A stretch of DNA of 64,000 nucleotides from Bacteroidota bacterium (GCA_005798825.1 SYIL01000035.1:12338-76337), one strand, 5' to 3'; counted from the first letter of the stretch, positions 30,561 through 41,732 are shown. Numbers and translations are program-made. The notes: generated by a model not told the origin, from the sequence alone.

Positions 30561-31043
30561 TATCACTTCCTTCACAATACAATCAATGGCGTCGTACTCG
30601 TATCCTTTGCCCAGAAGAAAACGCTGCAGTTTTGCGACCTTTTCCCTGTGAGAAGCTGCCCTGATGAATGGCCATTTTTTTTGTGCCAAGGCGTGTAATG
30701 TTTTTTGATAATCTGCCAATCCCAAGCAAGCGAGTGCTTCTTGTATCAATCGCTCGCCAATACCCTCTCGCTTAAGCCCTTGTTTTATCTTTAGGCGTCC
30801 CCAATGCTTGATATTGAATTTCCCCCGTGCATACGCCATGGCAAATCGCGTTTCATTCAGAAAATTATTTTGCATCAACTCTACCAATAAAAGATCAGCA
30901 TCTATAGCATGCAATCCGAGTCTCTCCAATTTGCGTTTTACCTGAAGGTGGCTTCGCTCCTGATAGGCACAAAACTTTTCTATTTTGGGCCGAGCCTGCG
31001 AAGGGGTATACGTTTTTTTGAATGGGGCAGAACTGTTCTCCAT
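30540..31043 (-). CDS. recX: Regulatory protein RecX
   Basis: FCAYQERS, FLNETRFA..WGRLKIKQGL, RFLLGKGY; overlaps the ACMSD 3' end convergently by 21 bp. Confidence 0.92.
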   Translation of the reverse strand: MENSSAPFKKTYTPSQARPKIEKFCAYQERSHLQVKRKLERLGLHAIDADLLLVELMQNNFLNETRFAMAYARGKFNIKHWGRLKIKQGLKREGIGERLIQEALACLGLADYQKTLHALAQKKWPFIRAASHREKVAKLQRFLLGKGYEYDAIDCIVKEVISTTKIR

Positions 31044-31251
31044 AAATACATCAGAATCCATTGCAAAAATATCGTTTATTGTCAAGAAAATGGCAAGACC
31101 CGAAACGGTTAGAAGAGATCAATGAGCGATTCACCTTAAGAGCTTTATAGGTTGACGAGGGTATAGTTTGCGAGGTGGGGGTGTGCGATTGGAAAAAACT
31201 GACAAAATTGCAGTTGTATAAAATTGGTACGACGATTGTTAAAAGGAACGC

Positions 31252-33066
31252 ATGAGAACAGGACAAATTTCAGTTCAATCGGAAAATATTTTTCCCATTA
31301 TTAAAAAATTCCTATACACTGATCAGGAAATATTTATTCGCGAGTTAATCAGCAATGCGGTCGATGCAACAAAAAAACTAACCACGCTATCCCGGGTTGG
31401 AGAATTTGAAGATAGTATAGAAAACTGCAAGATTGAAGTTTCGTTTGACGAAAAAGCAAAAACCCTTACGATTTCAGATTCGGGCATTGGAATGACCGAA
31501 GAAGAAGTAGAAAAATATATTACCCAGTTGGCTTTTTCAGGAGCCTCTGAGTTTGCCGAAAAATGGAAAGACAAAGAACCTGATCAGATGATCGGACATT
31601 TTGGTTTGGGATTTTATTCCGCCTTTATGGTTTCTAAACACGTCAGTATCGAAACAAAATCATTCCAAAAGGGTTCCACTGCTGTTCATTGGGATTGCGA
31701 TGGCGCTACCAGTTACAACATCGGAAAAGGAAAGCGAAAAAAACGCGGTACGGATGTTATCTTACAACTCAACGATGAAGATGCAGAAACGTATTTATCA
31801 AAATGGAAAATTCGTGAATTGCTTCGTAAATACTGCCGATTTCTTCCTGTGCCCATTGTATTTTATGATGAAGACATCAATAATACCCAACCCATTTGGA
31901 CAAAAAAACCCGCCGAGCTCAACCAAGAAGATTACAAAAAATTCTTCGAAGAACTCTATCCAATGCAAGAGGCGTCATTGTTTCACATTCATATCAATAC
32001 CGATTTCCCATTCAACCTCACGGGGGTTTTGTATTTCCCCAAGGTAACAGAAGCCATTGACAATCGCCAAAATCGGGTTCAATTATACTGCAATCAGGTT
32101 TTTGTAACCGAAGATGTTAAGGATGTATTGCCAGAGTATTTGGTACTGCTAAAAGGAGTAATTGATTCTCCTGATATTCCATTAAATGTGTCTCGAAGTG
32201 CACTTCAAAGTGATTCAAATGTCAAAAAAATTACCCAGCATATTAGCAAAAAAGTCAGTGATAAATTGACAGAATTGTTCAAGGATGACCGCGCAGATTT
32301 TGATTCAAAATGGGAATATCTCGATTTATTTGTGAAATATGGAATGGTTTCTGATGAAAAATTTTCTGAGCGGACAAAAGATATTTGCTTGGTAAAAACC
32401 ACCGAGGGTGGATTGCATACCATTCAAGAGTGGATAGACCATGCTAAAATCAATCAAACAGACAAAAACGCAGAAACAGTGGTATTATACACTACCGATA
32501 TGACCGTGCAACACATGAATATCAAAGCTGCTAAAGACAAAGGCTATGAAGTTATTGTGCTAAACGGTCCACTTGATACCCATTTTGCGGGTTGGGTTGA
32601 AGGAAAATTTGAAAAAGTCAAATTTCGCTGCGTGGACGGAGGACCGATGGACCAGTTGATTGAAAAAGAAATTAGCCTTGAATCGGCTTTAACAAGCGAA
32701 CAACAAAAATCTCTGGAAGACAGCGTGAAGATTGTTGTTAATGAATTGGCTTTTGAAATATCTGTTCGGTCTTTGCCACCACAAGACGATTTTATTTCTG
32801 TTCATAGAAGTGAATGGGAACGCCGAATGGAGGATATGGCAAAAATGGGACAGGGTTTCCCCTATGGTGACATGGGATTGAAAAAGCAAACAATGGTGGT
32901 AAATAGCAACCATGCTTTGGCGTCAAAAGTATTGTCTACAGAAGGCAACGATCGCAATGAATTGTTGCAATATTGCATGGATTTAGCCATGTTACAGCGT
33001 GGACAATTACAGGGTGAATCATTGGAGCGCTTCGTAAAAAAAGCCCAAGGATTTATTGGCACATAA
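31252..33066 (+). CDS. htpG: Molecular chaperone HtpG (Hsp90)
   Basis: FIRELISNAVDA, DSGIGMT, IGHFGLGFYSAF, DSPDIPLNVSR. Confidence 0.97.
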   Translation: MRTGQISVQSENIFPIIKKFLYTDQEIFIRELISNAVDATKKLTTLSRVGEFEDSIENCKIEVSFDEKAKTLTISDSGIGMTEEEVEKYITQLAFSGASEFAEKWKDKEPDQMIGHFGLGFYSAFMVSKHVSIETKSFQKGSTAVHWDCDGATSYNIGKGKRKKRGTDVILQLNDEDAETYLSKWKIRELLRKYCRFLPVPIVFYDEDINNTQPIWTKKPAELNQEDYKKFFEELYPMQEASLFHIHINTDFPFNLTGVLYFPKVTEAIDNRQNRVQLYCNQVFVTEDVKDVLPEYLVLLKGVIDSPDIPLNVSRSALQSDSNVKKITQHISKKVSDKLTELFKDDRADFDSKWEYLDLFVKYGMVSDEKFSERTKDICLVKTTEGGLHTIQEWIDHAKINQTDKNAETVVLYTTDMTVQHMNIKAAKDKGYEVIVLNGPLDTHFAGWVEGKFEKVKFRCVDGGPMDQLIEKEISLESALTSEQQKSLEDSVKIVVNELAFEISVRSLPPQDDFISVHRSEWERRMEDMAKMGQGFPYGDMGLKKQTMVVNSNHALASKVLSTEGNDRNELLQYCMDLAMLQRGQLQGESLERFVKKAQGFIGT

Positions 33067-33104
33067 ACCTTGGTTTGTCAATGTAAGGCTATCTTTAGAA
33101 AAAA

Positions 33105-33929
33105 ATGCAACGCTCCTACACGCTTTTGGGGATGACATGTGTCAGCTGTGAAGCCAAGATAAAATCGGCTCTACTTGCATTACCCAGTGTTGAAACAGTA
33201 TCTGTCTCTTTGCAAAATAAGAGCGTTGTCATAGCCATGAACAAAAGTATACCCCTACTTGATCTCCAAAATGCGATTGGACAAAACGGAAAATACACAA
33301 TATCAGCGGTCAAAACCCCTGCAGTGACCCCTGCATTTTCTGATTCAACAACAACTCCATTGTCCAAGACGCACAGTTTCATAATGGACACGCAAACAGC
33401 CGGTTGGGGTACTATATCCCCAGACGCTACTGAAAATTCAACCACAAGATGGTTCTCAACTTACAAGCCCCTGTTAATCATTTTTGCATTTATAACTGGT
33501 ATCTCTTTGCTCACGAGTTGGTCTGGAAATACGATACAATGGATGATTTTTATGCAGCATTTCATGGCAGGTTTTTTTATCGTGTTTTCTTTCTTTAAAC
33601 TCCTCAATATTCACTCTTTTGCTCAAACGTATGCAATGTATGATATCATCGCAAAAAAATTGCCAGGCTACGGATTTGTTTACCCTTTTATTGAGTTATT
33701 ACTTGGGATTGCATTTCTAATAAATTTCAATCCGCTAATCACAAATGCAACGACACTCGTAATTATGACACTTGGCCTTATTGGTGTTTTACAGAGCGTA
33801 CTCAACAAAGAAAAAATTCAATGTGCTTGTTTGGGAAATATTTTTAATCTCCCCATGAGCAATATTACCATTATTGAAGATGCCCTCATGATTGCCATGA
33901 GTGCTGGCATGCTTTATATTCTCTCATAA
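33105..33929 (+). CDS. Heavy-metal-associated (HMA) domain plus MauE/DoxX membrane protein
   Basis: GMTCVSC at the N-terminus; four TM segments with YPFIEL and CACLG. Confidence 0.85.
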   Translation: MQRSYTLLGMTCVSCEAKIKSALLALPSVETVSVSLQNKSVVIAMNKSIPLLDLQNAIGQNGKYTISAVKTPAVTPAFSDSTTTPLSKTHSFIMDTQTAGWGTISPDATENSTTRWFSTYKPLLIIFAFITGISLLTSWSGNTIQWMIFMQHFMAGFFIVFSFFKLLNIHSFAQTYAMYDIIAKKLPGYGFVYPFIELLLGIAFLINFNPLITNATTLVIMTLGLIGVLQSVLNKEKIQCACLGNIFNLPMSNITIIEDALMIAMSAGMLYILS

Positions 33930-33991
33930 ATCAGAATATCATTCTGTGATTTTTTGATCTACTAAACTGTGCATGCTGAGAATGTATACAA

Positions 33992-36900
33992 TCAGTATAT
34001 GATTGTTCGCCACCCACCTAAAGGAGCTATATCTTCTTCCCCAACGGCATCTATAAAAAGTTGATAGGAATTTTCAAAAAAAAGATTGACTTTTTGGAGC
34101 ACTGATAGGGTTTCTCGTTGTGCCGTTTTAATTGCAAATTCACAATTTTCGGCCGGCATATCGTTTCCCTCAATGAGCCAATAGGCAGTCTGCAGACGAT
34201 CCATTAAACGAATTGTGGCTTCTTCGTAGGGCCGATAATCTTTGGGTAACATATAGCATAATTTTAGCATTGCAATGCTGTCTTTTAAAGGTTGCTGAAA
34301 ATTTCTCAAATGTGCGATTGCACTGTCATCCTGATATTTCGCAGCAAACACTTGTTCAATTTCTTTCTCGGCATTTTTAAGGTCTTCAAAAGAATTACGA
34401 GCCAACACAATACTCCTTTCAAGCGTGTCCATCAATTGTTTTTTTCGGGCATAGCCTTGGGCATTAAATGGCAAATTACCCGGTGCAACTACCTCCACCC
34501 AAGCCGAATCAGATATGCCTGTATTATTAACAATAAATACCTTGTATTTTCCGGGAATTACGGATTTGCCTGCAGGAATATCCTCATCGATTTTCGGGGT
34601 ATTGTGTGAGGGCCATAAAAATCCATCCTGAACCATTGGCCATGCAATGCGGTAAAACCCTGTGCTGTCAAAAGAAAATTTATGGGTGCGTATCAATTGA
34701 TTGTCTGCATTAAAAACCATTCCTGTGCAATCAATTTTCTTCCAATCTTGGCTGATTTCATCCTTCTTTCCGATAACATATAAATCGATTTGCACTCCAA
34801 AAGCTTTGTTTGGGGCGACCCAAGTTTCATCGGCAGAGAATCTTGATCCTACAGGTTCTGAAAAATGGACCAGTACCCCCTTGCTCGCATTCAAAATTTG
34901 TAATTTTTTCTCAGGGGTTTTTCCTGCTGCCAAATTTCGCAAGGTTGAAATATCGTCGAATACCCAAATCCCTCGTCCAAATGTTCCCAAAACCAAATCT
35001 CTCTCTCGTGCTTGAATTTTCATATCTGCCACTGGGACAGACGGAAATTTCTTCCATTTATTCCATGTTTCTCCCCCATTAATGCTCACCCAAAGTCCAT
35101 GATCCGTTCCCAAAAAAACCAAATTGGGTGATTCAGTATCTGGCAAAACACTCAAGACATACCCCTTTATATCATCTCCCCCCTCTTTGCTGGGTTTTTG
35201 AATACGATTGGATTTGGTATTTTTAGCACCTGAAGTCAAAAGGCTAGATTCATCCGAAACTATTCTTTTCCATGATTTTCCATAATCGAGTGTTTTATAG
35301 ACATAAGAAGACCAATCATTCTGTCTGTAATTATTCAATACAACCCAACACTCTGCTGAATGGGAAATTCCTTTACTGGATGGCCTAACCCAAAGATAGG
35401 GTACCCATGCATTTTGCGGTTTCCCGGGCATATTCAATGCTACATTTTCCCAATTTTTTCCCCCGTCTTTGCTTAACTGTACGTTGCCATCATCGGTTCC
35501 TACCCAAATAACATTTTTATCACCAGGGGATGGCGCAATGGCCAAAATTGTGCAATGATTTTCTGCCCCTGTTGCATCAATTGTTAATCCTCCGCTTCGG
35601 GCTTGGTGCTGTTTAGCCGTGTCGTTTGTGCTTAGGTCAGGAGAAATAATTTGCCATGTTTTGCCTTGGTCGGGGCTGTAATGCACATACTGACTGCCAT
35701 AAAATAGTCCATTGGGATTTTCTGGATCGATTGCCAAAGCTGCATTCCAATTAAATCTTAAAGGCTTGCCATTGGGATGTTGTGGTTTGATATACTGATT
35801 GCTATGCTCTCGCAAATTAAATTTACGGAGCTCCCCACCCTGCGACATTGCATATCCCTCATCTTTGGTTCCAGGAATCACTGCGACATCAAATCCATCC
35901 CCTCCATAAACCTCTTGCCACGCACTATTGCGAATGCCACCATAAATCCAATGATAGGCAGGTCCCATCCAACTTCCATTGTCTTGCAAACCCCCATACA
36001 CATTATACGGCTCTTGGTTGTCAACATCTACGTGGTAAAATTGGCCAACAGGAATATTCTCAGCATAGCGCCAGGTTTCACCTCCATCGTAGGAAATATT
36101 CAATCCTCCATCATTTCCATTGATAATATAATTGGGATCGTCAGGGTGAATAAAAAACGCATGGTGATCAGGATGAATATGGCCCCAATCTGCCAGTATA
36201 TCCCAATGTTTTCCGGCATCCTCACTTCGAGAAATTTGACTCCAAATACTGTATACACGGTTTTCATTGCGGGGATGAACATACAGCTCCGAATAATAAA
36301 AAGGGCGATTGCCCGCATTGGCCTCTGTACTTGTTTTGGACCAAGTGACCCCTCCATCATTGCTGGTATAAATCGCCGATTCTTTTGCTTCTACAATGGC
36401 ATATACCCGGTTGGGTTGCGATGCCGACACCGCCAATCCGATGCGTCCCAATTCTCCCTTGGGAAAGCCGTCTTTTTCTGTAACTTTTTTCCAGGACACT
36501 CCAGCATCCATCGTAATATACAAGCCGCTACCCGGTCCACCACTCCTGTAGGTCCATGGCTTGCGCATGTAATCATACATGGCAGCGTATACTTTTTGGG
36601 GATTTTCTGGATCAATCACCAATTCAGCACAACCAGTTGTGTTATTAACGAATAATATTTTGGTCCACGTCTCACCCCCATTATTGGATCGATATACTCC
36701 TCTTTCATCATTAGATCCCCAGATACTGCCCATTGCGGCGGCCCAAATTTGTTGGTTATTGTGGGGATTGATAATGATCCTGTGCACGGTTTTTGTTTCC
36801 TCTAGACCCATGCATTTCCATGTTTTACCTGCATCCATACTTCGGTAAATTCCTTTGCCACTGTTGTGGCTATTTCTGGGATTTCCCTCACCCGTTCCAA

Positions 36901-37450
36901 CCCAAACTATCGACGCATTGGAAGGATCTACAGCAACGGAACCAATGCTTTGCACATCCATATCATCAAAAATAGGTGCCCATGCTATACCCCCGTTCAA
37001 GCTCTTCCAAACCCCCCCACTGGCAGTACCTGCATAAATGATATTGCGGTTAATAGACCCCAATGCACCGTATCGAGGCATCGCAAGAGCGGTGATTCGA
37101 CCACTCATTGCAGCTGGGCCAATGTTTCGTTTGGGGATAAGCTCCATCAATTGAAACAAAGTTTGTTGCTTGTTTATATTCACCAAAATCGGTTCCTTAG
37201 ATTCAACCGTTTTCGACGAAGAAGCCAAATGCGTTTTTTGGGGGGATTTATTTTTATTAGTAGAATCCATCTTTCCCCATTGACCATCCGGTTGAGAGAA
37301 CAACGGTTGATTACTCAATATACCAAATAGACAAAATACACCCACCATAAAAACCTTATGACACCCATAATATAAATGACAAAACCGCACAAAATTGATT
37401 CTTGTGGTCGACCCCTTTATATCTTGAATCACTGTATAATTTATTCCCAT
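33992..37450 (-). CDS. VPS10/BNR (Asp-box) repeat glycosyl-hydrolase-like protein
   Basis: RNIGPA.MSGRI, repeated S.D.G.TW Asp boxes, GGLQDNG, RFNWNA, ISPDL, GTFGRGIW. Confidence 0.85.
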   Translation of the reverse strand: MGINYTVIQDIKGSTTRINFVRFCHLYYGCHKVFMVGVFCLFGILSNQPLFSQPDGQWGKMDSTNKNKSPQKTHLASSSKTVESKEPILVNINKQQTLFQLMELIPKRNIGPAAMSGRITALAMPRYGALGSINRNIIYAGTASGGVWKSLNGGIAWAPIFDDMDVQSIGSVAVDPSNASIVWVGTGEGNPRNSHNSGKGIYRSMDAGKTWKCMGLEETKTVHRIIINPHNNQQIWAAAMGSIWGSNDERGVYRSNNGGETWTKILFVNNTTGCAELVIDPENPQKVYAAMYDYMRKPWTYRSGGPGSGLYITMDAGVSWKKVTEKDGFPKGELGRIGLAVSASQPNRVYAIVEAKESAIYTSNDGGVTWSKTSTEANAGNRPFYYSELYVHPRNENRVYSIWSQISRSEDAGKHWDILADWGHIHPDHHAFFIHPDDPNYIINGNDGGLNISYDGGETWRYAENIPVGQFYHVDVDNQEPYNVYGGLQDNGSWMGPAYHWIYGGIRNSAWQEVYGGDGFDVAVIPGTKDEGYAMSQGGELRKFNLREHSNQYIKPQHPNGKPLRFNWNAALAIDPENPNGLFYGSQYVHYSPDQGKTWQIISPDLSTNDTAKQHQARSGGLTIDATGAENHCTILAIAPSPGDKNVIWVGTDDGNVQLSKDGGKNWENVALNMPGKPQNAWVPYLWVRPSSKGISHSAECWVVLNNYRQNDWSSYVYKTLDYGKSWKRIVSDESSLLTSGAKNTKSNRIQKPSKEGGDDIKGYVLSVLPDTESPNLVFLGTDHGLWVSINGGETWNKWKKFPSVPVADMKIQARERDLVLGTFGRGIWVFDDISTLRNLAAGKTPEKKLQILNASKGVLVHFSEPVGSRFSADETWVAPNKAFGVQIDLYVIGKKDEISQDWKKIDCTGMVFNADNQLIRTHKFSFDSTGFYRIAWPMVQDGFLWPSHNTPKIDEDIPAGKSVIPGKYKVFIVNNTGISDSAWVEVVAPGNLPFNAQGYARKKQLMDTLERSIVLARNSFEDLKNAEKEIEQVFAAKYQDDSAIAHLRNFQQPLKDSIAMLKLCYMLPKDYRPYEEATIRLMDRLQTAYWLIEGNDMPAENCEFAIKTAQRETLSVLQKVNLFFENSYQLFIDAVGEEDIAPLGGWRTIIY

Positions 37451-37666
37451 ATTTCGAAATTACGAGTTTTATTAAGCCCGAACAAATTGTATAGGTTGTT
37501 CGTTGGCCGTTAACAGAAATTAAGCAATATATTTACCCTGAATAAAACCGCATCCCACAGCAATCCATTCTGCACATTAACCTTCATAATAGGGTATTTT
37601 GGTCAAACAATACAAGCCAACAAATGTTAAGTTGACTACCTTTGCAAACGCCAATAAAAAGAATAT

Positions 37667-38917
37667 ATGTTTAAAGGACAACTGATTGGATTCCTGTTTT
37701 TTTCACTTTTCTTTTTTGCAATGGATTGTTATGTTTGGCAAGGGGTAAAAACCTTGAGTTGTAATTGGTCAACTCGATCTAAAAACATCCTAAAATTTAT
37801 ATATTGGGGGTATGCAGTTGTTGTTTTCATTTTTTTTATGCTGTATCGTTTTCAATATATTGCCCTTGCTCCTCAAATAATAAAATTAATCTCCAGTATT
37901 GTTTTTGCGATAGTAATCGCCAAATTGTGCTGGATTTTTTTCTTGTTATTGGATGATATCATCCGTCTGTTTCGATGGATTTTTCAATTCTTTTTCTCTC
38001 CTATCGAAACTTCAATAGAAACAACTTCGGGAATTAGCAGACTTAAATTTCTCCATTACACTGGATTGGGCATTGGGCTTGCTTTTATTGGAACAGCAAT
38101 TTTGGGCATAGTGAAGGGTGCTCATAACTATACAATACACCGCAAAAAATTGCCCCTAACGGGTTTACCCGACGTATTTAAAGGACTTAAAATTGTACAA
38201 ATTTCCGATATCCATTCGGGAAGTTTTTGGGATAGAGGAGCGGTTGAACGTGGGGTGCAGTTGATACAGGACCAAAAAGCTGATATTGTTTTCTTTACGG
38301 GGGATTTGGTTAATGATCGCTCCGATGAAATTATTCCTTGGATGGATGTGTTTTCTAAAATACATGCTCCACTGGGGGTATTTAGTATTTTGGGTAACCA
38401 CGACTATGGCGATTATATAACATGGCCAAGCCCTGAAGCCAAAACAAAAAATCTCGATGATCTTATAGGGTATCACAAAAAATTGGGATGGGACATCCTT
38501 CTTGATGAACATAGGGTAATTGAAAAAGAAGGCGAAAAACTTTGTATCGTAGGCGTTCAAAATTGGAGCAATAAAGCAAGGTTTCCCAAATATGGAAACC
38601 TCGAAAAAGCCCTGTCATTGGCTCCCAAAAATACAGTTACATTGTTGCTAAGCCACGACCCTTCGCATTGGCGTGAAGAAGTATTGCGAAAGCAAGACAA
38701 TATCGCTGCAACCTTTTCCGGTCATACCCATGGTATGCAGTTTGGCATCGACACCAAATTTTATCGCTGGAGTCCTGTAAAGTTGATTTACAAAGAATGG
38801 ATAGATTTGTACACTGAAAATAATCAGCACCTTTATGTAAATCGTGGTTTTGGTTATTTGGGATATCCCGGACGCATGGGTATTTTTCCAGAGATTTCAG
38901 TATTTGAACTGACTTAA
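37667..38917 (+). CDS. Membrane-anchored metallophosphoesterase (YkuE-like)
   Basis: SDIH, TGDLVN, LGNHD, LSHDP, SGHTHG, VNRG.G. Confidence 0.9.
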   Translation: MFKGQLIGFLFFSLFFFAMDCYVWQGVKTLSCNWSTRSKNILKFIYWGYAVVVFIFFMLYRFQYIALAPQIIKLISSIVFAIVIAKLCWIFFLLLDDIIRLFRWIFQFFFSPIETSIETTSGISRLKFLHYTGLGIGLAFIGTAILGIVKGAHNYTIHRKKLPLTGLPDVFKGLKIVQISDIHSGSFWDRGAVERGVQLIQDQKADIVFFTGDLVNDRSDEIIPWMDVFSKIHAPLGVFSILGNHDYGDYITWPSPEAKTKNLDDLIGYHKKLGWDILLDEHRVIEKEGEKLCIVGVQNWSNKARFPKYGNLEKALSLAPKNTVTLLLSHDPSHWREEVLRKQDNIAATFSGHTHGMQFGIDTKFYRWSPVKLIYKEWIDLYTENNQHLYVNRGFGYLGYPGRMGIFPEISVFELT

Positions 38918-39104
38918 TGATTGGCGATTTGCCATCATTGAGTCAAATTTCCACATTCCCACTGCTTAAAATGATAGTTCTACTATTTTTGTTTACTAGA
39001 AAATCAAATCACGGGCAGCATTTCCCTTCAACAAAACACCGTTAAGTTTCACTTTGTATACTTCCACCCCTTAATTCTCAGATAAAAAACAACAAATCCC
39101 ACTG

Positions 39105-40340
39105 ATGATACTAAAATCTATCACACTGCTTAAATCAAAAATTTATTTGTTATTTCTTCTCTTTTTCATCGGCGGAGTAAAACTGTCTTTTGCTCAACCT
39201 GAACTGAGTAGTTGGATACTAAATCCCGGAACAGCCAAAGGGTATGCGGGTATTCTGTCTAATGTTCAAAAGATTCAATACTCCAATAATTTTGTATATA
39301 TCACTGCGGCGTGTATCCCCGGTTATGATATTGGCCCTTGGAAGGGCAATCCGAATACGCCTGCAAATCAAAACTTTCAATTTAAAATCACGCGCAAACC
39401 AATCGTAAATTCAGGGAATCCAACCGCCGTTGGATTGGGTCATATTGGTGTTTTTAGCAACGGCGTAAGTATTTTTAACACATCAGATGCGCAAAGCTAT
39501 TTAAACCAAAAAGTGTGGAACAGAAATGCCTATTATTGGGAAGGGCCGGGTTTTGATACCTGTCTTGGCCATCCGGCGCAGAATGGAGAATACCACCACC
39601 ATGTTAGCCCAAAATGCTTATACAACCACAATGATTCAATCCACCATAGTCCAATCATTGGTTATGCATTTGACGGGTTTCCAATATATGGTGCTTTTGC
39701 GTATGCCAATACAAATGGCCAAGGAATTATCCGATTGATGCGCAGTAGCTTCAAGCTCAAATCCATGGTCACAAGAATCAATGGCCCTGCCATTGATCAA
39801 AGCTACCCTTTGGGATGTTATCTAGAGGATTATGAATTTGTAGATGGATCAGGAGATTTGGATAAACGCAATGGAAGATTCTGCATAACCCCAGATTACC
39901 CCAAAGGAACCTATTGCTATTTTGCAACCCTAGATCAAACGCTTGCTCCTTCTTTTCCTTACGTCCCATATACCAGTTATTATGGGGTGGTAAGCCCCGG
40001 AAACATTGGTCCGGGAAGCGGACACAACACCCCAACTGAAACCGTTATAACCTATACTGGTTCTACCTCAATTATAGAAAAACCTTATGAGACTCTGCTC
40101 CATATATGGCCTAATCCCAGTAATATGGGCTGGATCATTGCAGGATTGTCTGCGAAAACGCATTCAACGGTATTTTGCTCAATTTACAATCTCCAAGGAC
40201 AAAAGGTATACCATACAGTCATTAATGTTGATCCCCTGAATCCAAATATTCATATTCCTGTATTGCAGGTGGGTTTATACTGGATTGAGCTATGCGATGA
40301 AAAAGACCTTGTTTTTCGATCTAGAATTGTGGCAGAATAA
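39105..40340 (+). CDS. YHYH-family protein with T9SS type A CTD
   Basis: IGVFSNGV, D.CLGHP..GEYHHH, HSPIIGYAFDGFPIYG, GDLD..NGR..TPDYP; CTD IWPNP..YNLQGQ..GLYW. Confidence 0.82.
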   Translation: MILKSITLLKSKIYLLFLLFFIGGVKLSFAQPELSSWILNPGTAKGYAGILSNVQKIQYSNNFVYITAACIPGYDIGPWKGNPNTPANQNFQFKITRKPIVNSGNPTAVGLGHIGVFSNGVSIFNTSDAQSYLNQKVWNRNAYYWEGPGFDTCLGHPAQNGEYHHHVSPKCLYNHNDSIHHSPIIGYAFDGFPIYGAFAYANTNGQGIIRLMRSSFKLKSMVTRINGPAIDQSYPLGCYLEDYEFVDGSGDLDKRNGRFCITPDYPKGTYCYFATLDQTLAPSFPYVPYTSYYGVVSPGNIGPGSGHNTPTETVITYTGSTSIIEKPYETLLHIWPNPSNMGWIIAGLSAKTHSTVFCSIYNLQGQKVYHTVINVDPLNPNIHIPVLQVGLYWIELCDEKDLVFRSRIVAE

Positions 40341-40425
40341 ATGCGTTAAACGTGCTCGATAGAAAACTGTAAGTACGCGAAAAATGGGCCTGTGAAATTG
40401 GGTGTTTCTACACTGAATAATTAAA

Positions 40426-41595
40426 TCACTCTGCCCAAATCATTTTCTGGTGATATATTTTTCCTGTGCTTAGTTGACTTACCACATAGAATACCCCTGA
40501 AGTTTGTGGGATATACTCTTGGATATTACCCCTGAATAACTTCTTTCCATCAGCACTAAAAACCTGGCTTATTCCATCCATGAATATTGAGTTATGCAAA
40601 GATGTATTGTGTGATTTCCATTCCCATTGTTTTCCACTCCAATACAGATAGTCCTCTGCGCCAAAAGAAAATGTCTGCGGAACGATACTATTCATATTGG
40701 GCGTTAGGGACAAATCCATCGATAATCTTGACCAAACTGGATAATGGTCTGATGTATTGTAACGGTAACTGGCTATGTAACTGTCACCAACCATAACACC
40801 ACTTTGATTGGGTAAATAATTTTGCTTTATGGCTTTGGTTAAGCATATATGATCTATCATTTCTGCATAAGCAGCCGTGCTTTTTTGTTTTTCAAGACTC
40901 AATCGATAGCTCGGAAACAAGTAATTCGAATCATTGCGCCACACCAAAAAAGGGCTTTCTTTTCCAGAAACAATCGAAACATCCAGATCATCATTCCAAT
41001 CACCCATAATAAATCCTTTCAACCCCTTTTTGGAATCAGTATAGTTTTTGAGTTCTTCTGCGGCTTTTTGCCTTCGATTATATGCACTTAACTTTTCAGC
41101 GTTAGAACCCGTATTGGCTTTAAAATGAATAACCCAAAAGTATAAGGTATCTTTTTTCTTTCCCCATTGACTTTCCAATGCAACTTCCAATGGAAAACGA
41201 CCACCTGCAAATTCATAATCAAACGCCAATAATATTGATTTACTGTATAAGAGACGGAACATCGACTTGCGGTATAAAAGGGCTGTTTTTTGGGATTGGG
41301 CATAGGAGGTAATTACAGCACCATAGTCGGGTAATTTGTTTTGAAGCATTTGCCAATAACCCAAATTCGATATTTCGCAAAGTGAATAAATATCCATTTG
41401 CATTTCCAATAGAACATTGCTGGCATTTTTGAGTTGGACTGCCTCGTTATTCGGACCATTCAGGCTATCACCAAACCACTCAATATTCCACTGAGCGATA
41501 TCCAGGGTGGTATCAGATCCAATTTTAGGGACCTGTGCAAACAGTAGATTTACAAAAATACCCCAACCCATCAACAGCGAAAAAACCTTTCTCAC
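40426..41595 (-). CDS. Secreted endonuclease/exonuclease/phosphatase (EEP) family protein with a probable CTD
   Basis: WNIEWF, HFKA, GDWND, IDHI, SDHYPV; C-terminal FSADGK..GVFYV..QKMI. Confidence 0.82.
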   Translation of the reverse strand: MRKVFSLLMGWGIFVNLLFAQVPKIGSDTTLDIAQWNIEWFGDSLNGPNNEAVQLKNASNVLLEMQMDIYSLCEISNLGYWQMLQNKLPDYGAVITSYAQSQKTALLYRKSMFRLLYSKSILLAFDYEFAGGRFPLEVALESQWGKKKDTLYFWVIHFKANTGSNAEKLSAYNRRQKAAEELKNYTDSKKGLKGFIMGDWNDDLDVSIVSGKESPFLVWRNDSNYLFPSYRLSLEKQKSTAAYAEMIDHICLTKAIKQNYLPNQSGVMVGDSYIASYRYNTSDHYPVWSRLSMDLSLTPNMNSIVPQTFSFGAEDYLYWSGKQWEWKSHNTSLHNSIFMDGISQVFSADGKKLFRGNIQEYIPQTSGVFYVVSQLSTGKIYHQKMIWAE

Positions 41596-41732
41596 AATGC
41601 AAAGATACCCGCTTTATCTTAAGGTCCGAAATTTGGATTGTGTCCCAAATTTTTAATGGATTGACCTCTTCCCAAACATACTTTGGTATAGGACTTTATG
41701 GTCGTAATTCTGATTCAGCAAATACAGTCTCG

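Noticed and set aside
35777..36655. 292-aa plus-strand ORF
   Set aside because: Antisense shadow of the VPS10/BNR gene, with no recognisable motifs.
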